A stretch of DNA of 64,000 bases, from NCBI GenBank assembly GCA_947625805.1, contig CANQPT010000005.1, forward strand, positions 10,181 to 74,180. Reading direction: 5' to 3'. This document shows positions 18,725 through 30,345 of the stretch, one piece after another (position 1 is the first letter of the stretch; each line of letters starts with the position of its first letter). The DNA is from an uncultured Clostridia bacterium. Lineage in GTDB: Bacteria > Bacillota > Clostridia > Oscillospirales > CAG-272. The notes under the pieces are model-generated. The model searched no databases. It was not told the origin of the DNA and worked only from the letters and a program-made list of their open reading frames with translations. The position numbers were made by a program, and so were the translations under genes.

Positions 18725-18753
18725 AAAAAACCTCGTAAAAAACGAGGTTTTTT
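18725..18753 (+). terminator. intrinsic terminator after tRNA-Gln
   Basis: AAAAAACCTCG / TAAAAAA / CGAGGTTTTTT. Confidence 0.85.
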
Positions 18754-18942
18754 CAATGATATCCGTTCCTTGCGGAACGGGTGAAATCCATCTTCGTTGG
18801 GAGTAGAGGACGGATTTCATTTCATCTATTTCGTGAAAGCTCACTATGCCGCCTTGACAGCCTATCAGTGACCAAAAAAAAAGCACGCAGAGCAAATGAT
18901 CGCCCCGAATTCGATGAATTCGATTCGTAGCGGAATAATCGA

Positions 18943-18976
18943 ATTTCCCTCCGGCGCTTTTGTGCCGGAGGGAAAT
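18943..18976 (-). terminator. hairpin terminator after the XRE-TPR regulator
   Basis: 13-bp perfect stem ATTTCCCTCCGGC / GCCGGAGGGAAAT immediately after stop codon 18984. The U-tract is weak. Confidence 0.6.
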
Positions 18977-18983
18977 GTTTTGG

Positions 18984-20057
18984 TTATTTGCTCCATCTGG
19001 AGAGGAGATCCAGATAATCAGCATTTTCCCGCAACTTGGCCAAATGAGAAAAATCCACTTGCAAGAGAAAGTCAATCAAATATTGCAACGCATCTTCCGT
19101 TCCGTAGGTCCTTTTGATCGATTCTTTCAGTACCTCGTCTTGCTCAGACAGGTGCATCATGGCCTGCATGGCGTCGAATTGTTTTTCGCGGACACGGATC
19201 ACATCGTCCACTGCTCCGGAACGCGAAAGTTTACCTGCAAGTTCAGCGTATACCGTTTGTTCCGCGATGACGAAAAACTCCATTCCCTCTTTTTTTCGCA
19301 AATCGCAAAACGCTTGCCCCATCGCTTCAATTTGCACAATTTTCTGTTCCGGTGACAGACTGTCATGATACCATATCGTTCTGACAAGTTTATTTGTCAC
19401 TCCGTCCAGCAGCTCGTACGCATTTTTTCTGTTCCAATACCGATATTCGGAGGTATCCTTGGCAAACAACTGCTCTGTCTTTTGGCCGGAGGATTGATAC
19501 CACGAGGGAAACATCCCCAATAGCGCAAGCGCACCGTCAGTATCGCCCGATGCATGCAGAAGTTTCGCTTTCATGGTAAGCGCTTCCAAACGAATGACTT
19601 CTTGTGTGCATCCGTCCAAAATGCAGTCGCAGATCTGCAAAAATTCTTCTTGATTCTCCATCAGATTAACGGGATCGTTATCCGCAGATCCCCCTGCTTT
19701 CATCCACAGATACCGGATCATGATGCGGTAGTCGTTCGGATATGTCTTTCGGGCGTTCAGAATGAGTTCCCGTTGCTTTTCTACCTCACCATTTCTGTGA
19801 TACTGGTGGAATAAGGAAATTATATCCTCGATCTCTTTTTCCGTCTTTGTCGTGTCGTATCCCATCAGTTCATCGACGCTGACCTCAAATACGGATGCAA
19901 GCGGAAAAAGCATCGTGATATCGGGGAGCGTGTTCTTCGCCTCCCATTTGCTGACTGCGGCGCTTGACACATTCAGTAATCCGGCAAGCTGCTCTTGGGT
20001 TAGACCTTTTGCAAGACGCAGTTTTTTGATGTTTGTTCCAATGTTCAGTTCCATCAT
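18984..20057 (-). CDS. XRE-family HTH regulator with long alpha-helical (TPR-like) C-terminal domain
   Basis: N-terminus IGTNIKKLRLAKGLTQEQLAGLLNVSSAAVSKWEAKNTLPD is an HTH_XRE. About 290 aa of helical repeat-like sequence follow. GC content is visibly lower than in the neighbours. Confidence 0.8.
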   Translation of the reverse strand: MMELNIGTNIKKLRLAKGLTQEQLAGLLNVSSAAVSKWEAKNTLPDITMLFPLASVFEVSVDELMGYDTTKTEKEIEDIISLFHQYHRNGEVEKQRELILNARKTYPNDYRIMIRYLWMKAGGSADNDPVNLMENQEEFLQICDCILDGCTQEVIRLEALTMKAKLLHASGDTDGALALLGMFPSWYQSSGQKTEQLFAKDTSEYRYWNRKNAYELLDGVTNKLVRTIWYHDSLSPEQKIVQIEAMGQAFCDLRKKEGMEFFVIAEQTVYAELAGKLSRSGAVDDVIRVREKQFDAMQAMMHLSEQDEVLKESIKRTYGTEDALQYLIDFLLQVDFSHLAKLRENADYLDLLSRWSK

Positions 20058-20082
20058 CGTATTCTCCTGAATTAGGTTAAGT

Positions 20083-20096
20083 AAACAGGCCTGTTT
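20083..20096. promoter_or_regulatory. perfect 14-bp palindrome, candidate operator
   Basis: AAACAGGCCTGTTT lies between the -10 element and the RBS of the XRE-TPR gene. Confidence 0.5.
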
Positions 20097-20104
20097 CTGA
20101 TTTT

Positions 20105-20132
20105 ATTATACCATCTTTTGCAGTTCAGTCAA
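20105..20132 (-). promoter_or_regulatory. sigma-A promoter of the XRE-TPR regulator
   Basis: Minus strand: TTGACT (20132-20127), 16-nt spacer, TATAAT (20110-20105). Confidence 0.6.
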
Positions 20133-20186
20133 GCGAACGGCAAGCAAACATATTTTAACTGTCAGTCAGAAAACCATCGCAACAGT

Positions 20187-20219
20187 AAAACAGGCAGGAG
20201 CTTGTCCCTTGCCTGTTTT
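20187..20219 (-). terminator. terminator of the ilv-leu operon
   Basis: AAAACAGGCA...TGCCTGTTTT hairpin downstream of the leuB stop, T-rich on both sides. Confidence 0.7.
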
Positions 20220-20334
20220 GTTTCTTTATAAGTCTGTGTTTATCGTTGTCGTGCCTTCTTAAAAGTCGTTTCTTTTCCAAAGCAGTGTGTAAAAGAACAT
20301 GATTATTCCGATAATGATGTGCATTTCCTACCCC

Positions 20335-21405
20335 TTATATACGTTCTGTTATAAGGTCGCCCATTTCGGTGCAAAAGACCTTGGTACAACCGTCCTGCAT
20401 AATGTCTTGTGTGCGGTATCCGGCGTCGAGGACCGCGTTGACTGCCGTCTCAATTACGTCTGCTTCCTCCGCCATATCAAAGGAATAGCGCAGCATCATG
20501 GCAACGGAAAGAATGGTTCCGATCGGGTTTGCCAGATTCATGCCCGCGATGTCGGGCGCCGAGCCGTGGATCGGCTCGTACATACCAAGCGTGCCCGATC
20601 CAAGGGATGCCGACGGCATCATGCCGATTGATCCGGTCAGCATGGACGCTTCGTCCGAAAGAATATCGCCAAACATATTCTCGGTGACCAGCACGTCAAA
20701 CTGGGTGGGATTCTTGATCAGCTGCATTGCGGTATTGTCTACCAAAATATCACTGTACTCGACCTCAGTGTATTCCTCGGCCAGTTTGTGCATGGTTTTC
20801 CGCCACAGGCGGGAGGTGTCAAGCACATTGGCCTTGTCAACCGATGCAAGCCGTTTACCGCGCTTGATCGCCGTTTCAAAGGCAACCCTGCCGATCCGCT
20901 CGATCTCGTGCTCGCTGTAAGGCATGAGATCGGTCGCCACCAATTCGCCGTTCACTTGCTCGGTCTTGCGCTCGCCAAAGTAGACGCCGCCGGTCAGTTC
21001 GCGTACAATCAACAGATCGATACCACCTCCGACAATCTCCTGCTTTAAGGGAGATGCGTCTGAGAGCTGCGGGAACAATTTGGTGGGACGCAGATTTGCA
21101 AACAGACCGAGTTCTTTTCTGACCGCAAGAAGCGCCTTTTCCGGACGGATGGCGGGCGGGCAGTTATCCCATTTGGGTCCGCCGACCGCACCCAGCAATA
21201 CGCTGTCCGCGCTCTTGCAGAGTTCCATTCCCTCGTCGGTGATCGGCACGCCGTGCTTGTCGATCGAGCAGCCGCCGATGTCCACGTAGGTATATGTAAA
21301 ACTATGAGCGTAGCGCTCTCCGATCTTATTTAAGACCTTGAGCGCCTCGGCAACAATCTCCGGGCCGATTCCGTCGCCGGGCAATACGGTAATTTTCTTG
21401 TTCAC
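20335..21405 (-). CDS. leuB: 3-isopropylmalate dehydrogenase
   Basis: 356 aa. Starts [14 protein letters not shown], with the isocitrate/isopropylmalate dehydrogenase signature [20 protein letters not shown]. Confidence 0.97.
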   Translation of the reverse strand: MNKKITVLPGDGIGPEIVAEALKVLNKIGERYAHSFTYTYVDIGGCSIDKHGVPITDEGMELCKSADSVLLGAVGGPKWDNCPPAIRPEKALLAVRKELGLFANLRPTKLFPQLSDASPLKQEIVGGGIDLLIVRELTGGVYFGERKTEQVNGELVATDLMPYSEHEIERIGRVAFETAIKRGKRLASVDKANVLDTSRLWRKTMHKLAEEYTEVEYSDILVDNTAMQLIKNPTQFDVLVTENMFGDILSDEASMLTGSIGMMPSASLGSGTLGMYEPIHGSAPDIAGMNLANPIGTILSVAMMLRYSFDMAEEADVIETAVNAVLDAGYRTQDIMQDGCTKVFCTEMGDLITERI

Positions 21406-21408
21406 GGC

Positions 21409-21894
21409 TCAATCCTCCTTTAAGGACGCCAGCAGACCGCCCTTGGCGATAATATTCTGAATGAACGGCGGGAAGGGCCGGGCCTGATAGGTCTTGCCGG
21501 TGGTAAGATCGGCGATCACGCCGGTGTCAAAATCCACCTTGACCTGATCGCCTGCTGCGATCTCCTCCGCCGCCTGCTCACACTCTAAGATCGGAAGGCC
21601 GATATTGATGGCGTTGCGGTAGAAAATACGGGCAAAACTCTTGGCGATCACGCATCCGGTTTTGCAGGTCTTGATGACCAGCGGTGCGTGCTCACGGGAG
21701 GAGCCGCACCCAAAGTTCCAGCCTGCGACCATAACGTCACCCGGCTGTACCTGTTTTACGAAATCGGTGTCGATGTCCTCCATGCAGTGCAGTGCCAGTT
21801 CGGCCGCATCGGGAGTATTCAGATACCGCGCCGGAATGATGACGTCGGTATCTACGTTATCGGGATATTTGAAAACCTTTCCCTGCGTGTTCAT
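21409..21894 (-). CDS. leuD: 3-isopropylmalate dehydratase small subunit
   Basis: 161-aa short-form LeuD ([31 protein letters not shown]). Confidence 0.95.
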   Translation of the reverse strand: MNTQGKVFKYPDNVDTDVIIPARYLNTPDAAELALHCMEDIDTDFVKQVQPGDVMVAGWNFGCGSSREHAPLVIKTCKTGCVIAKSFARIFYRNAINIGLPILECEQAAEEIAAGDQVKVDFDTGVIADLTTGKTYQARPFPPFIQNIIAKGGLLASLKED

Positions 21895-23156
21895 GACTGT
21901 ACCTCCTGAGGTGCGGTGATATAGCCGGTCAGCGCGCTTGCGGCAGCGGTGGCGGGACTTGCCAGATAAACCTTACTGTCCACATGACCCATTCGACCGA
22001 CAAAATTGCGGTTGGTGGTGGCAATACAGACTTCACCTGCCGCAAGAATTCCCATGTATCCGCCCAGGCACGGCCCGCAGGTGGGAGTAGAAACCACTGC
22101 CCCTGCGTCGATAAATGCGCTCACATAGCCCTTTTCCACGCACTCCTTATAGATCTTCATGGTAGCGGGAATGATGATACACCGCACACCGTCCGCGATC
22201 TTCTTGCCGCGTAGGGTCTGATATGCGATCTCCATGTCCTCCATGCGGCCGTTGGTACAACTGCCGATAACCACCTGGTCGATTTTCACACCTCCAAGTT
22301 CGGCTGCGGGTCTGGTGTTCTCAGGAAGATGCGGGCAACTGACCGTGGGAACAATCTGTGACAGGTCAATGTCGATCTGTTGCTCGTAGAGCGCGTCTGC
22401 GTCCGCCTCATAAACGACCGGCATACGCTCACTGCGGCCGTCAAGATATGCGAGGGTGACGTCATCCACCGGGAAGATACCGTTTTTCGCTCCCGCCTCG
22501 ATGGCCATATTGCAGATGCACAGGCGGTCGTCCATCGAGAGGGTATGCACACCTTTGCCGACAAACTCCATGCTCTTATAAAGCGCACCATCCACGCCGA
22601 TCATGCCGATGATAGTCAAGATTACGTCCTTTCCGCTGCAATCGGCGGAAAGTTTTCCGGTCAGATTGAAACGAATGGCGGAGGGCACCTTAAACCATGC
22701 TGTTCCGGTTGCCATACCGGCCGCCATATCGGTGGAGCCGACGCCGGTAGAAAAAGCGCCCAGCGCGCCGTATGTACAGGTGTGACTGTCCGCGCCGATA
22801 ATACAGTCGCCCGCGGTCACGACCCCCTGCTCGGGCAGGAGCGCGTGCTCAATGCCCATTTTGCCTACGTCGTAAAAGTGACTGACACAGTGGGTGCAGG
22901 CAAAGTCACGGCAGGTCTTGGATTGCTCCGCCGCTTTGATATCCTTGTTGGGCACGAAGTGGTCAAGCACGATGGCCACACGATCCTTGTCAAAGACTTC
23001 CGTAAAGCCGGCTTTGTTAAATTCATTGACGGCCACCGGCGTGGTGATGTCGTTACCCAAAACGATATCCAGTTTTGCGCTGATGAGCTGCCCCGCCTCG
23101 ACCGAGTCAAGACCGGCGTGAGCGGCCAGAATCTTTTGCGTCATTGTCATGCCCAT
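21891..23156 (-). CDS. leuC: 3-isopropylmalate dehydratase large subunit
   Basis: Start at ATG 23156 ([15 protein letters not shown]) after AAAGGAG. Aconitase-family Fe-S ligand motifs (GADSHT, GSCTNGR). Confidence 0.95.
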   Translation of the reverse strand: MGMTMTQKILAAHAGLDSVEAGQLISAKLDIVLGNDITTPVAVNEFNKAGFTEVFDKDRVAIVLDHFVPNKDIKAAEQSKTCRDFACTHCVSHFYDVGKMGIEHALLPEQGVVTAGDCIIGADSHTCTYGALGAFSTGVGSTDMAAGMATGTAWFKVPSAIRFNLTGKLSADCSGKDVILTIIGMIGVDGALYKSMEFVGKGVHTLSMDDRLCICNMAIEAGAKNGIFPVDDVTLAYLDGRSERMPVVYEADADALYEQQIDIDLSQIVPTVSCPHLPENTRPAAELGGVKIDQVVIGSCTNGRMEDMEIAYQTLRGKKIADGVRCIIIPATMKIYKECVEKGYVSAFIDAGAVVSTPTCGPCLGGYMGILAAGEVCIATTNRNFVGRMGHVDSKVYLASPATAAASALTGYITAPQEVQS

Positions 23157-23160
23157 GATT

Positions 23161-24822
23161 TTATTCTCCTTTGATACCGCGGTTGATCGACGAGAAGAGC
23201 GCATTGATCGACGATGCGATAATATCGTCGTGAATGCCCGCACCCCAAACCTTTTTGCCGTTTTCCAGCGTAATGCTCATATAGGTGATCGCCTGTGAGG
23301 ACGAGCCCTGTGTGAGAGCGTGCTCCTCGTAGGTCAGATCGGAAAATTTTACTCCGAGGTGCTCCTTGATCGCGTTGCTTACCGCATCCAGCCGCCCGTT
23401 TCCGGTAGCGGACACCTCTTTCGTGCGGCCGTTCACCTCTACGGTCAGGGTCACAACAACTTCTGGGTTGCGCACGAAATGATAATCGATCAGTTTGAAT
23501 GGGGAGTTGATATTCACATACTCGTGGGTAAATACGTCCAGTACCTCTTTCGGTGAGAGTTCGGCATGTGCGCGGTCGGACACGCCCTTGACCGTATAGC
23601 CCACGTCCTCGCGCATTTTGACCGGCAGCACATAACCAAAGTTATGCTCGAGCAGATACCCGATCCCGCCCTTGCCCGACTGAGAATTGATGCGGATGAC
23701 GTCGGTTTCGTATTCTCTGCCCACATCGCCCGGATCCATAGGGAGATACGGCACTGTCCATGTGTCGCAATGCTTTTCTTCCCGCCATTTCATGCCCTTG
23801 GCGATGGCGTCCTGGTGCGATCCGGAGAAAGCGGCGAATACCAGTTTGCCGGCATAGGGCTGTCGGTCGTAGACCGACATACGGGTCACCCGCTCGTACA
23901 ATTCGACGATCTCGGGCATATTTGTAAAATCCAGACCCGGTTCAACGCCGTGGGTGTAGAGATTCAGCGCAAGGGTCACGATATCCGCGTTGCCGGTGCG
24001 CTCACCGTTGCCGAACAGGGTTCCCTCGATGCGGTCAGCACCCGCAAGAATCCCCAACTCGCAGTCCGCCACGGCGCAGCCGCGGTCGTTGTGCGGGTGC
24101 AGAGATACCTCGATGGCATCTCTGTATTTCAGATTGTCGCACATATACTCGATCTGATCGGCGTAGACGTGCGGCGAGGAAAGTTCCACCGTCACCGGAA
24201 GATTGATAATCGCCTTGCGGTCGGGGGTGGGTTTCCAAATATCCAGCACCGCGTTGCAGATCGTGAGGGCAAACTCCGGCTCTGTGCCGGTAAAGGACTC
24301 GGGAGAATACTCGTATCTGTAATTTGTCCCGGTCTCGGCTGCGATCGAATGAAAGAGTTCCGCTCCGTCAGTAGCGATCCTGACAATCTCCTCCTTGGAT
24401 TTGCGGAAGACCTGCTCACGCTGGGCAAGAGAAGTCGAGTTGTACAGGTGTACGATGGCGTTTTTGCAGCCCTGTAAGGCCTCAAAGGTCTTGCGGATAA
24501 TATGCTCACGGCTTTGGGTCAGCACCTGCACGGTCACGTCGTCCGGGATCATACGGTTGTCGATCAGCGTGCGCAAAAAAGTATACTCCGTGTCGCTTGC
24601 CGCCGGGAAACCGACCTCGATCTCCTTAAAGCCGATCTTCACTAAAAGTTCAAAGAACTCTAACTTTTCTTCCAGACTCATAGGAATAATCAGCGACTGG
24701 TTGCCGTCCCGAAGATCGACCGAGCACCAGTGAGGCGCCTTGTCGATCGCAATCTTCTCCACCCATTTTCGTGTGGGATTTTTTACAGGGAAAAATTGCT
24801 TGGTATATTTTGAGGCGTTCAT
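23161..24822 (-). CDS. leuA: 2-isopropylmalate synthase (long LeuA form)
   Basis: 553 aa. HMGL-like TIM barrel ([19 protein letters not shown]) plus a C-terminal LeuA dimerisation/regulatory domain. Confidence 0.95.
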   Translation of the reverse strand: MNASKYTKQFFPVKNPTRKWVEKIAIDKAPHWCSVDLRDGNQSLIIPMSLEEKLEFFELLVKIGFKEIEVGFPAASDTEYTFLRTLIDNRMIPDDVTVQVLTQSREHIIRKTFEALQGCKNAIVHLYNSTSLAQREQVFRKSKEEIVRIATDGAELFHSIAAETGTNYRYEYSPESFTGTEPEFALTICNAVLDIWKPTPDRKAIINLPVTVELSSPHVYADQIEYMCDNLKYRDAIEVSLHPHNDRGCAVADCELGILAGADRIEGTLFGNGERTGNADIVTLALNLYTHGVEPGLDFTNMPEIVELYERVTRMSVYDRQPYAGKLVFAAFSGSHQDAIAKGMKWREEKHCDTWTVPYLPMDPGDVGREYETDVIRINSQSGKGGIGYLLEHNFGYVLPVKMREDVGYTVKGVSDRAHAELSPKEVLDVFTHEYVNINSPFKLIDYHFVRNPEVVVTLTVEVNGRTKEVSATGNGRLDAVSNAIKEHLGVKFSDLTYEEHALTQGSSSQAITYMSITLENGKKVWGAGIHDDIIASSINALFSSINRGIKGE

Positions 24823-24834
24823 CTGTCGTTTCTC

Positions 24835-25212
24835 CTATTCCGCTGCGGCAATCGCTTCCACCTCGACAAGCGCACCCTTGGGCAGGTCTTTTACCGCAAC
24901 GCAGCTACGTGCGGGGGCAGAGGTGATATATCGCTCATATACCCCATTAAACGCGGCAAAATCCGCGATGTCCGCTAAAAAACAGGTCGTCTTGACCACG
25001 GCGTCAAAAGACGCACCGGCGGCATTCAGCACCGCTGACAGGTTTTTCATAACCTGTTCGGTCTGTTCCTCGATGGTCGTGCCGTTCAGCGTTCCGGTTG
25101 CCGGGTCGAGTGCGATTTGACCGGAAGTATACAGCATTCCGTCCACCTTGACCGCCTGTGAATAGGGGCCGATGGCCGCGGGTGCATTGGGAGTGGAAAT
25201 TTTCTCTTTCAT
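24835..25212 (-). CDS. ridA: RidA family reactive enamine/imine deaminase
   Basis: 125 aa. APAAIGPYSQAV ... ARSCVAVKDLPKGALVEVEAIA is typical YjgF/RidA. Confidence 0.92.
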   Translation of the reverse strand: MKEKISTPNAPAAIGPYSQAVKVDGMLYTSGQIALDPATGTLNGTTIEEQTEQVMKNLSAVLNAAGASFDAVVKTTCFLADIADFAAFNGVYERYITSAPARSCVAVKDLPKGALVEVEAIAAAE

Positions 25213-26423
25213 TACGATACCTCCATGATCTTAATACCGAAATCGGTCAGTGCTTTTTTGATACTCTCGATATGCTCGAAGTTCCTTGTTTCCAGGGTCA
25301 GGCGCAGATAGCACCCGTTGACGTCCGAGCCGGCGCCCAGATGTTCGTGATGCACGGCGGTCACGTTTCCTCCCTGCTCCGCGATGATGCGGGAAACGTG
25401 CATGAGCTGACCGGGTTTGTCGACCAACTCGATGGTCATCTGACAACTGCGCCCGGACATCAAGAGACCCCGGGTGATCACGCGGGAGAGTATGGTCACG
25501 TCGATATTCCCTCCGGATAACAGACAAACGGTCTTTTTATCCTTCAGGTCGACCTTGTTGAACATGGCCGCCGCCACAGCCACGGCGCCCGCGCCCTCGG
25601 TGACCAGTTTGTGCTGTTCCATAAGCGCTAAAATGGCCGCCGAGATCTCGTCGTCGGTCACGGTCACGATCTCGTCCACGTATTTTGAACAGATCTCATA
25701 GGTGAGCGCGCCCGGCTCCTTGACTGCAATGCCGTCCGCGATGGTAAATACGGTATCCAGTTTCTCGATTCGTGCGTCCTGAATGGAATTAAGCATAGAA
25801 GACGCGCCCGATGCCTGAACGCCGTAGACCTTGATCTCCGGATTCAGACTTTTGATGGTATAGGCGATACCGGAAATCAGTCCGCCTCCGCCTACGGGTA
25901 CGATCACCGCGTCCATATCCGGGATCTGCTCGGAGAGTTCAAGGGCGACCGTGCCCTGACCCGCAATCACGTCCGGATCGTCAAAGGGGTGGATAAAGGT
26001 ATAGCCCTCTTTATCGCGGAGTTCGATTGCCTTTTGGTATGCGTCATCGTACACGCCGTCTACAAGGCAGATCTCGGCACCATAACTTTTGGTTGCCTCT
26101 ATTTTGGAGATGGGCGCGCTGTCCGGCAAACAAATGACCGCCTTGATTCCGTTTTCACGGGCGGCAAGCGCAACACCCTGCGCATGGTTTCCGGCAGAGC
26201 AAGCGATCACGCCCCGCTTTTTTTCTTCCTCAGACAGGCAGGACATTTTATAATATGCGCCGCGCACCTTAAAAGAGCCTGTGACCTGCAGGTTTTCGGT
26301 TTTGAGATACAATTCCGCACCCGGTTTGAGTTTAGGTGCGTACAGCAGGTCGGTCTGAATTGCGATATCCTTCAGAGCGTACCGTGCTTTATAGACATTG
26401 TCAAGGGTTAATTTTTTACTCAT
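25212..26423 (-). CDS. ilvA: threonine ammonia-lyase (short biosynthetic form with one ACT-like domain)
   Basis: 403 aa. PLP lysine context (LQVTGSFKVRGA), the GGGGLISG loop and a C-terminal regulatory domain. Confidence 0.93.
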   Translation of the reverse strand: MSKKLTLDNVYKARYALKDIAIQTDLLYAPKLKPGAELYLKTENLQVTGSFKVRGAYYKMSCLSEEEKKRGVIACSAGNHAQGVALAARENGIKAVICLPDSAPISKIEATKSYGAEICLVDGVYDDAYQKAIELRDKEGYTFIHPFDDPDVIAGQGTVALELSEQIPDMDAVIVPVGGGGLISGIAYTIKSLNPEIKVYGVQASGASSMLNSIQDARIEKLDTVFTIADGIAVKEPGALTYEICSKYVDEIVTVTDDEISAAILALMEQHKLVTEGAGAVAVAAAMFNKVDLKDKKTVCLLSGGNIDVTILSRVITRGLLMSGRSCQMTIELVDKPGQLMHVSRIIAEQGGNVTAVHHEHLGAGSDVNGCYLRLTLETRNFEHIESIKKALTDFGIKIMEVS

Positions 26424-26428
26424 GTTCG

Positions 26429-27610
26429 TTACAATAGGCTGTGGATAAACTGCTCGGCCGCACGGGGTGAGCGGTTTCCTTTGGCAAGGGCAAACGCCTC
26501 TGCCTTGATATCTAAATCGGTCTTTGGCATATCAATGCCGTTTTTCTGTGCGAGTTTGCGCACGATTTCCAAATAAAGCGCTTTATTCGGTTTTTCAAAA
26601 TATACGGTCAGGCCAAACCGGTCGGAGAGCGACTGCAATTCCTGCACCGTGTCGTTATGGTGAATGTCATCCGACCCGCGCTCGGAAAAGTTCTCCTTGA
26701 CGATATGCCGACGGTTGCTGGTCGCGTATATGACCGCATTACTTGCTTTTGCGGAAGCGGAGCCCTCCAGCGCCGCCTTGAGCATACTGAAAGCATCGTC
26801 GTTCTTATTGAAGGACAAATCGTCAATAAAAATAATAAATTTCAGCGGATTGTCCGCGATTTTGCCCATGACGGCAGAAAGGGAGAACAACTGATCCTTG
26901 CGTAGTTCGATCAGACGCACACCGTCCTGTGCGAAGTGATTGGCGCATGCCTTGACGGTGGAGGACTTGCCTGTCCCGGCGTCGCCGAACAAGAGAATGT
27001 TGGCAGCGGGTCTGCCCTCGATCAGCGCCCGGGTGTTTGCAAAGACCTGTTCCCGTTCGCGCTCATAGCCGATAAACCGATCGGACGTGATCTCATCCGC
27101 CGCTTTTACCGGCAGAATCTCATCTCCTACGACACGGAACATCTTTGCAGTGGCAAACACGCCGTAACCGCAGCGGGAGATCTTTTGCAGCCGGTCGGCA
27201 TAGGCCGCCTCAAAATCGACCGGGCGGTTGTCAAAGCGCGGCAGATAGCCGTGATACTCTATGCCTGCACACAGTCCATCGGCGTCAAGGGCGGTCAGCC
27301 GAGAGAACAGTTTTAACTCAGCCCGCGCATTTCCGGCAAGCACTGCCGGAATCTCGGTCCCCCGTGCCGTGTCGATGATATAGCGGTTTTCGTCCGCATA
27401 CACCGCACGGCACAGAAAGTCCGAAAACGAATAGCGATCTTCCGAAAGTGAAAAGACAAACCGCCCGAACAGTTCCATTTTCTTCTGCGGGTCTTCTTTT
27501 TCGCGCAAAAAGGCAAGCAAGGCTCGCATAGGCTCTGTGCTCAGAATGTTTCGGAACACGCTGAGCGCACCGATCTCGCACGCCAGAGCGCGTCGTTCCT
27601 GTTCGGTCAT
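26429..27610 (-). CDS. DUF815/COG2607-type AAA+ ATPase embedded in the ilv-leu operon
   Basis: 393 aa. Walker A LLFGDAGTGKSS, Walker B FIIFIDDLSF. Gaps to ilvD and ilvA are 12 nt and 5 nt. Family assignment from memory. Confidence 0.75.
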   Translation of the reverse strand: MTEQERRALACEIGALSVFRNILSTEPMRALLAFLREKEDPQKKMELFGRFVFSLSEDRYSFSDFLCRAVYADENRYIIDTARGTEIPAVLAGNARAELKLFSRLTALDADGLCAGIEYHGYLPRFDNRPVDFEAAYADRLQKISRCGYGVFATAKMFRVVGDEILPVKAADEITSDRFIGYEREREQVFANTRALIEGRPAANILLFGDAGTGKSSTVKACANHFAQDGVRLIELRKDQLFSLSAVMGKIADNPLKFIIFIDDLSFNKNDDAFSMLKAALEGSASAKASNAVIYATSNRRHIVKENFSERGSDDIHHNDTVQELQSLSDRFGLTVYFEKPNKALYLEIVRKLAQKNGIDMPKTDLDIKAEAFALAKGNRSPRAAEQFIHSLL

Positions 27611-27622
27611 GTCTTCACTTCC

Positions 27623-29293
27623 TTATTCCGCAAATGTGTTGATGATTGCGCCCCGGTCGGCAGAACTGACCTGGGAGGCGTATCTTGCAAGAGCGCCTTT
27701 GATATCGGTTTTCTTTTTGATCTCTGTGGTCGCCATTCTCTGCTTGATCTCCTCGTCCGAAACGTTCAGCTCAATCGAGTAGTTCGGAATGTCGATCGAG
27801 ATCCGATCTCCGTCCTGCACATAGGCAATCAGGCCGCCGCGTACCGCCTCAGGCGAGATATGCCCGATGGAAGCACCGCGGGTCGCACCCGAGAAACGGC
27901 CGTCTGTGATCAGCGCCACGTCCTTGTCAAGTCCCATTCCAGCGATCGCAGAGGTAGGCGAGAGCATCTCGCGCATACCCGGGCCGCCCGCAGGTCCCTC
28001 GTAACGAATGACCACCACGTCGCCCTTGACAATCCGCCCCGCGTAGATGGCGGCAATCGCGTCTTCCTCGCTGTCAAAGACCTTGGCCGGGCCCTCATGC
28101 CGCAGCATTTCGGGCGCTACCGCACTGCGCTTGACCACGCACCCGTCGGGTGCAAGATTCCCGCGCAGAACGGCGATGCCGCCGGTCTTACTGTACGGGT
28201 TTTCTGCCGGACGAATGACCTCGGGATCGCGGTTGACCGCGTTTGCAAGATTTTCGCCCAGCGTCTTACCGGTACAGGTCATGACGCCGGTGTCAAGCAG
28301 TTCTAATTTGGTCAGTTCCTTTAACACGGCGTAAACGCCGCCCGCCTCGTTCAGATCCTCCATATAGGTAGGCCCGGCGGGAGCAAGGTGACAAAGGTTG
28401 GGAGTCTTTTCGCTGATGGCGTTTGCCATATCAAGGTTGAACTCCACGCCGCATTCGTTGGCGATGGCCGGCAGGTGCAGCATACTGTTGGTCGAGCAGC
28501 CCAGCGCCATGTCGGCGGTCAGCGCATTTTGAATGGCAGAGGCGGTCATGATATCCCGCGGACGGACGCCGGCTCTTACCAGTTCCATGATCTGCATTCC
28601 CGCGTGCTTGGCGAGTTCAAGCCGCGCGGAATAGACCGCAGGGATCGTGCCGTTTCCGCCTAAGCCCATACCCAGTACCTCGGTCAGGCAGTTCATGGAA
28701 TTTGCCGTGTACATACCCGAGCATGAGCCGCAGGTAGGACAGGTATTTTCCTCACATACGCATAACTGATTTTCGTCGATCTTGCCAGCAGAATATGCGC
28801 CCACAGCCTCGAACATACTGGACAGGCTTGTTTTCTTACCGTTCACTCTGCCCGCCAGCATAGGCCCTCCGCTCACAAAAATCGTGGGAATATTGACCCG
28901 GGCGGCCGCCATTAACAGTCCGGGGACGTTTTTGTCACAGTTGGGTACCATGACCAAGCCGTCAAAGCCGTGAGCCAGCACCATTGCCTCGGTGGAATCG
29001 GCGATCAGATCGCGGGTGATCAAGGAATATTTCATTCCCGTATGTCCCATGGCGATGCCGTCGCACACTGCGATGGCCGGAAACACGATGGGTGTTCCCC
29101 CCGCCATTGCAACTCCCATCTTGACCGCGTCCACGATCTTGTCGAGGTTCATATGCCCCGGCACGATCTCATTGTACGAACTGACAATGCCGATCAGGGG
29201 GCGCGCCTGTTCCTCTTTGGTCAAGCCCAAAGCGTGATACAAACTGCGGTGGGGTGCGTTCTGAAAGCCGTCTACGATTGTATCTTTTATCAT
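27623..29293 (-). CDS. ilvD: dihydroxy-acid dehydratase
   Basis: 556 aa. ILVD/EDD signatures ([21 protein letters not shown]). Confidence 0.97.
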   Translation of the reverse strand: MIKDTIVDGFQNAPHRSLYHALGLTKEEQARPLIGIVSSYNEIVPGHMNLDKIVDAVKMGVAMAGGTPIVFPAIAVCDGIAMGHTGMKYSLITRDLIADSTEAMVLAHGFDGLVMVPNCDKNVPGLLMAAARVNIPTIFVSGGPMLAGRVNGKKTSLSSMFEAVGAYSAGKIDENQLCVCEENTCPTCGSCSGMYTANSMNCLTEVLGMGLGGNGTIPAVYSARLELAKHAGMQIMELVRAGVRPRDIMTASAIQNALTADMALGCSTNSMLHLPAIANECGVEFNLDMANAISEKTPNLCHLAPAGPTYMEDLNEAGGVYAVLKELTKLELLDTGVMTCTGKTLGENLANAVNRDPEVIRPAENPYSKTGGIAVLRGNLAPDGCVVKRSAVAPEMLRHEGPAKVFDSEEDAIAAIYAGRIVKGDVVVIRYEGPAGGPGMREMLSPTSAIAGMGLDKDVALITDGRFSGATRGASIGHISPEAVRGGLIAYVQDGDRISIDIPNYSIELNVSDEEIKQRMATTEIKKKTDIKGALARYASQVSSADRGAIINTFAE

Positions 29294-29304
29294 CGCTTTT
29301 CCCT

Positions 29305-30333
<1,029 letters not shown>

Positions 30334-30345
30334 CTATAAATAAAT

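Noticed and set aside
18907-18924. Tandem duplication GAATTCGAT GAATTCGAT
   Set aside because: There are only two 9-nt copies and no further repeats or spacers, so it is too short to call a repeat array or a binding site.
18695-19075. 126-aa minus-strand ORF downstream of the XRE-TPR regulator, considered as a possible signalling pro-peptide (contains hydrophobic LLCVLFFWSLIGC)
   Set aside because: It overlaps the regulator's 3' end. It has no ATG or RBS after the regulator's stop. It reads antisense through the tRNA-Gln terminator and the tRNA itself.
18756-20334. Possible integrated mobile element at tRNA-Gln
   Set aside because: There is no integrase, recombinase or transposase gene. I could find no direct repeat of the tRNA 3' end. 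Only one lower-GC regulator gene is present. At most it is an old remnant.
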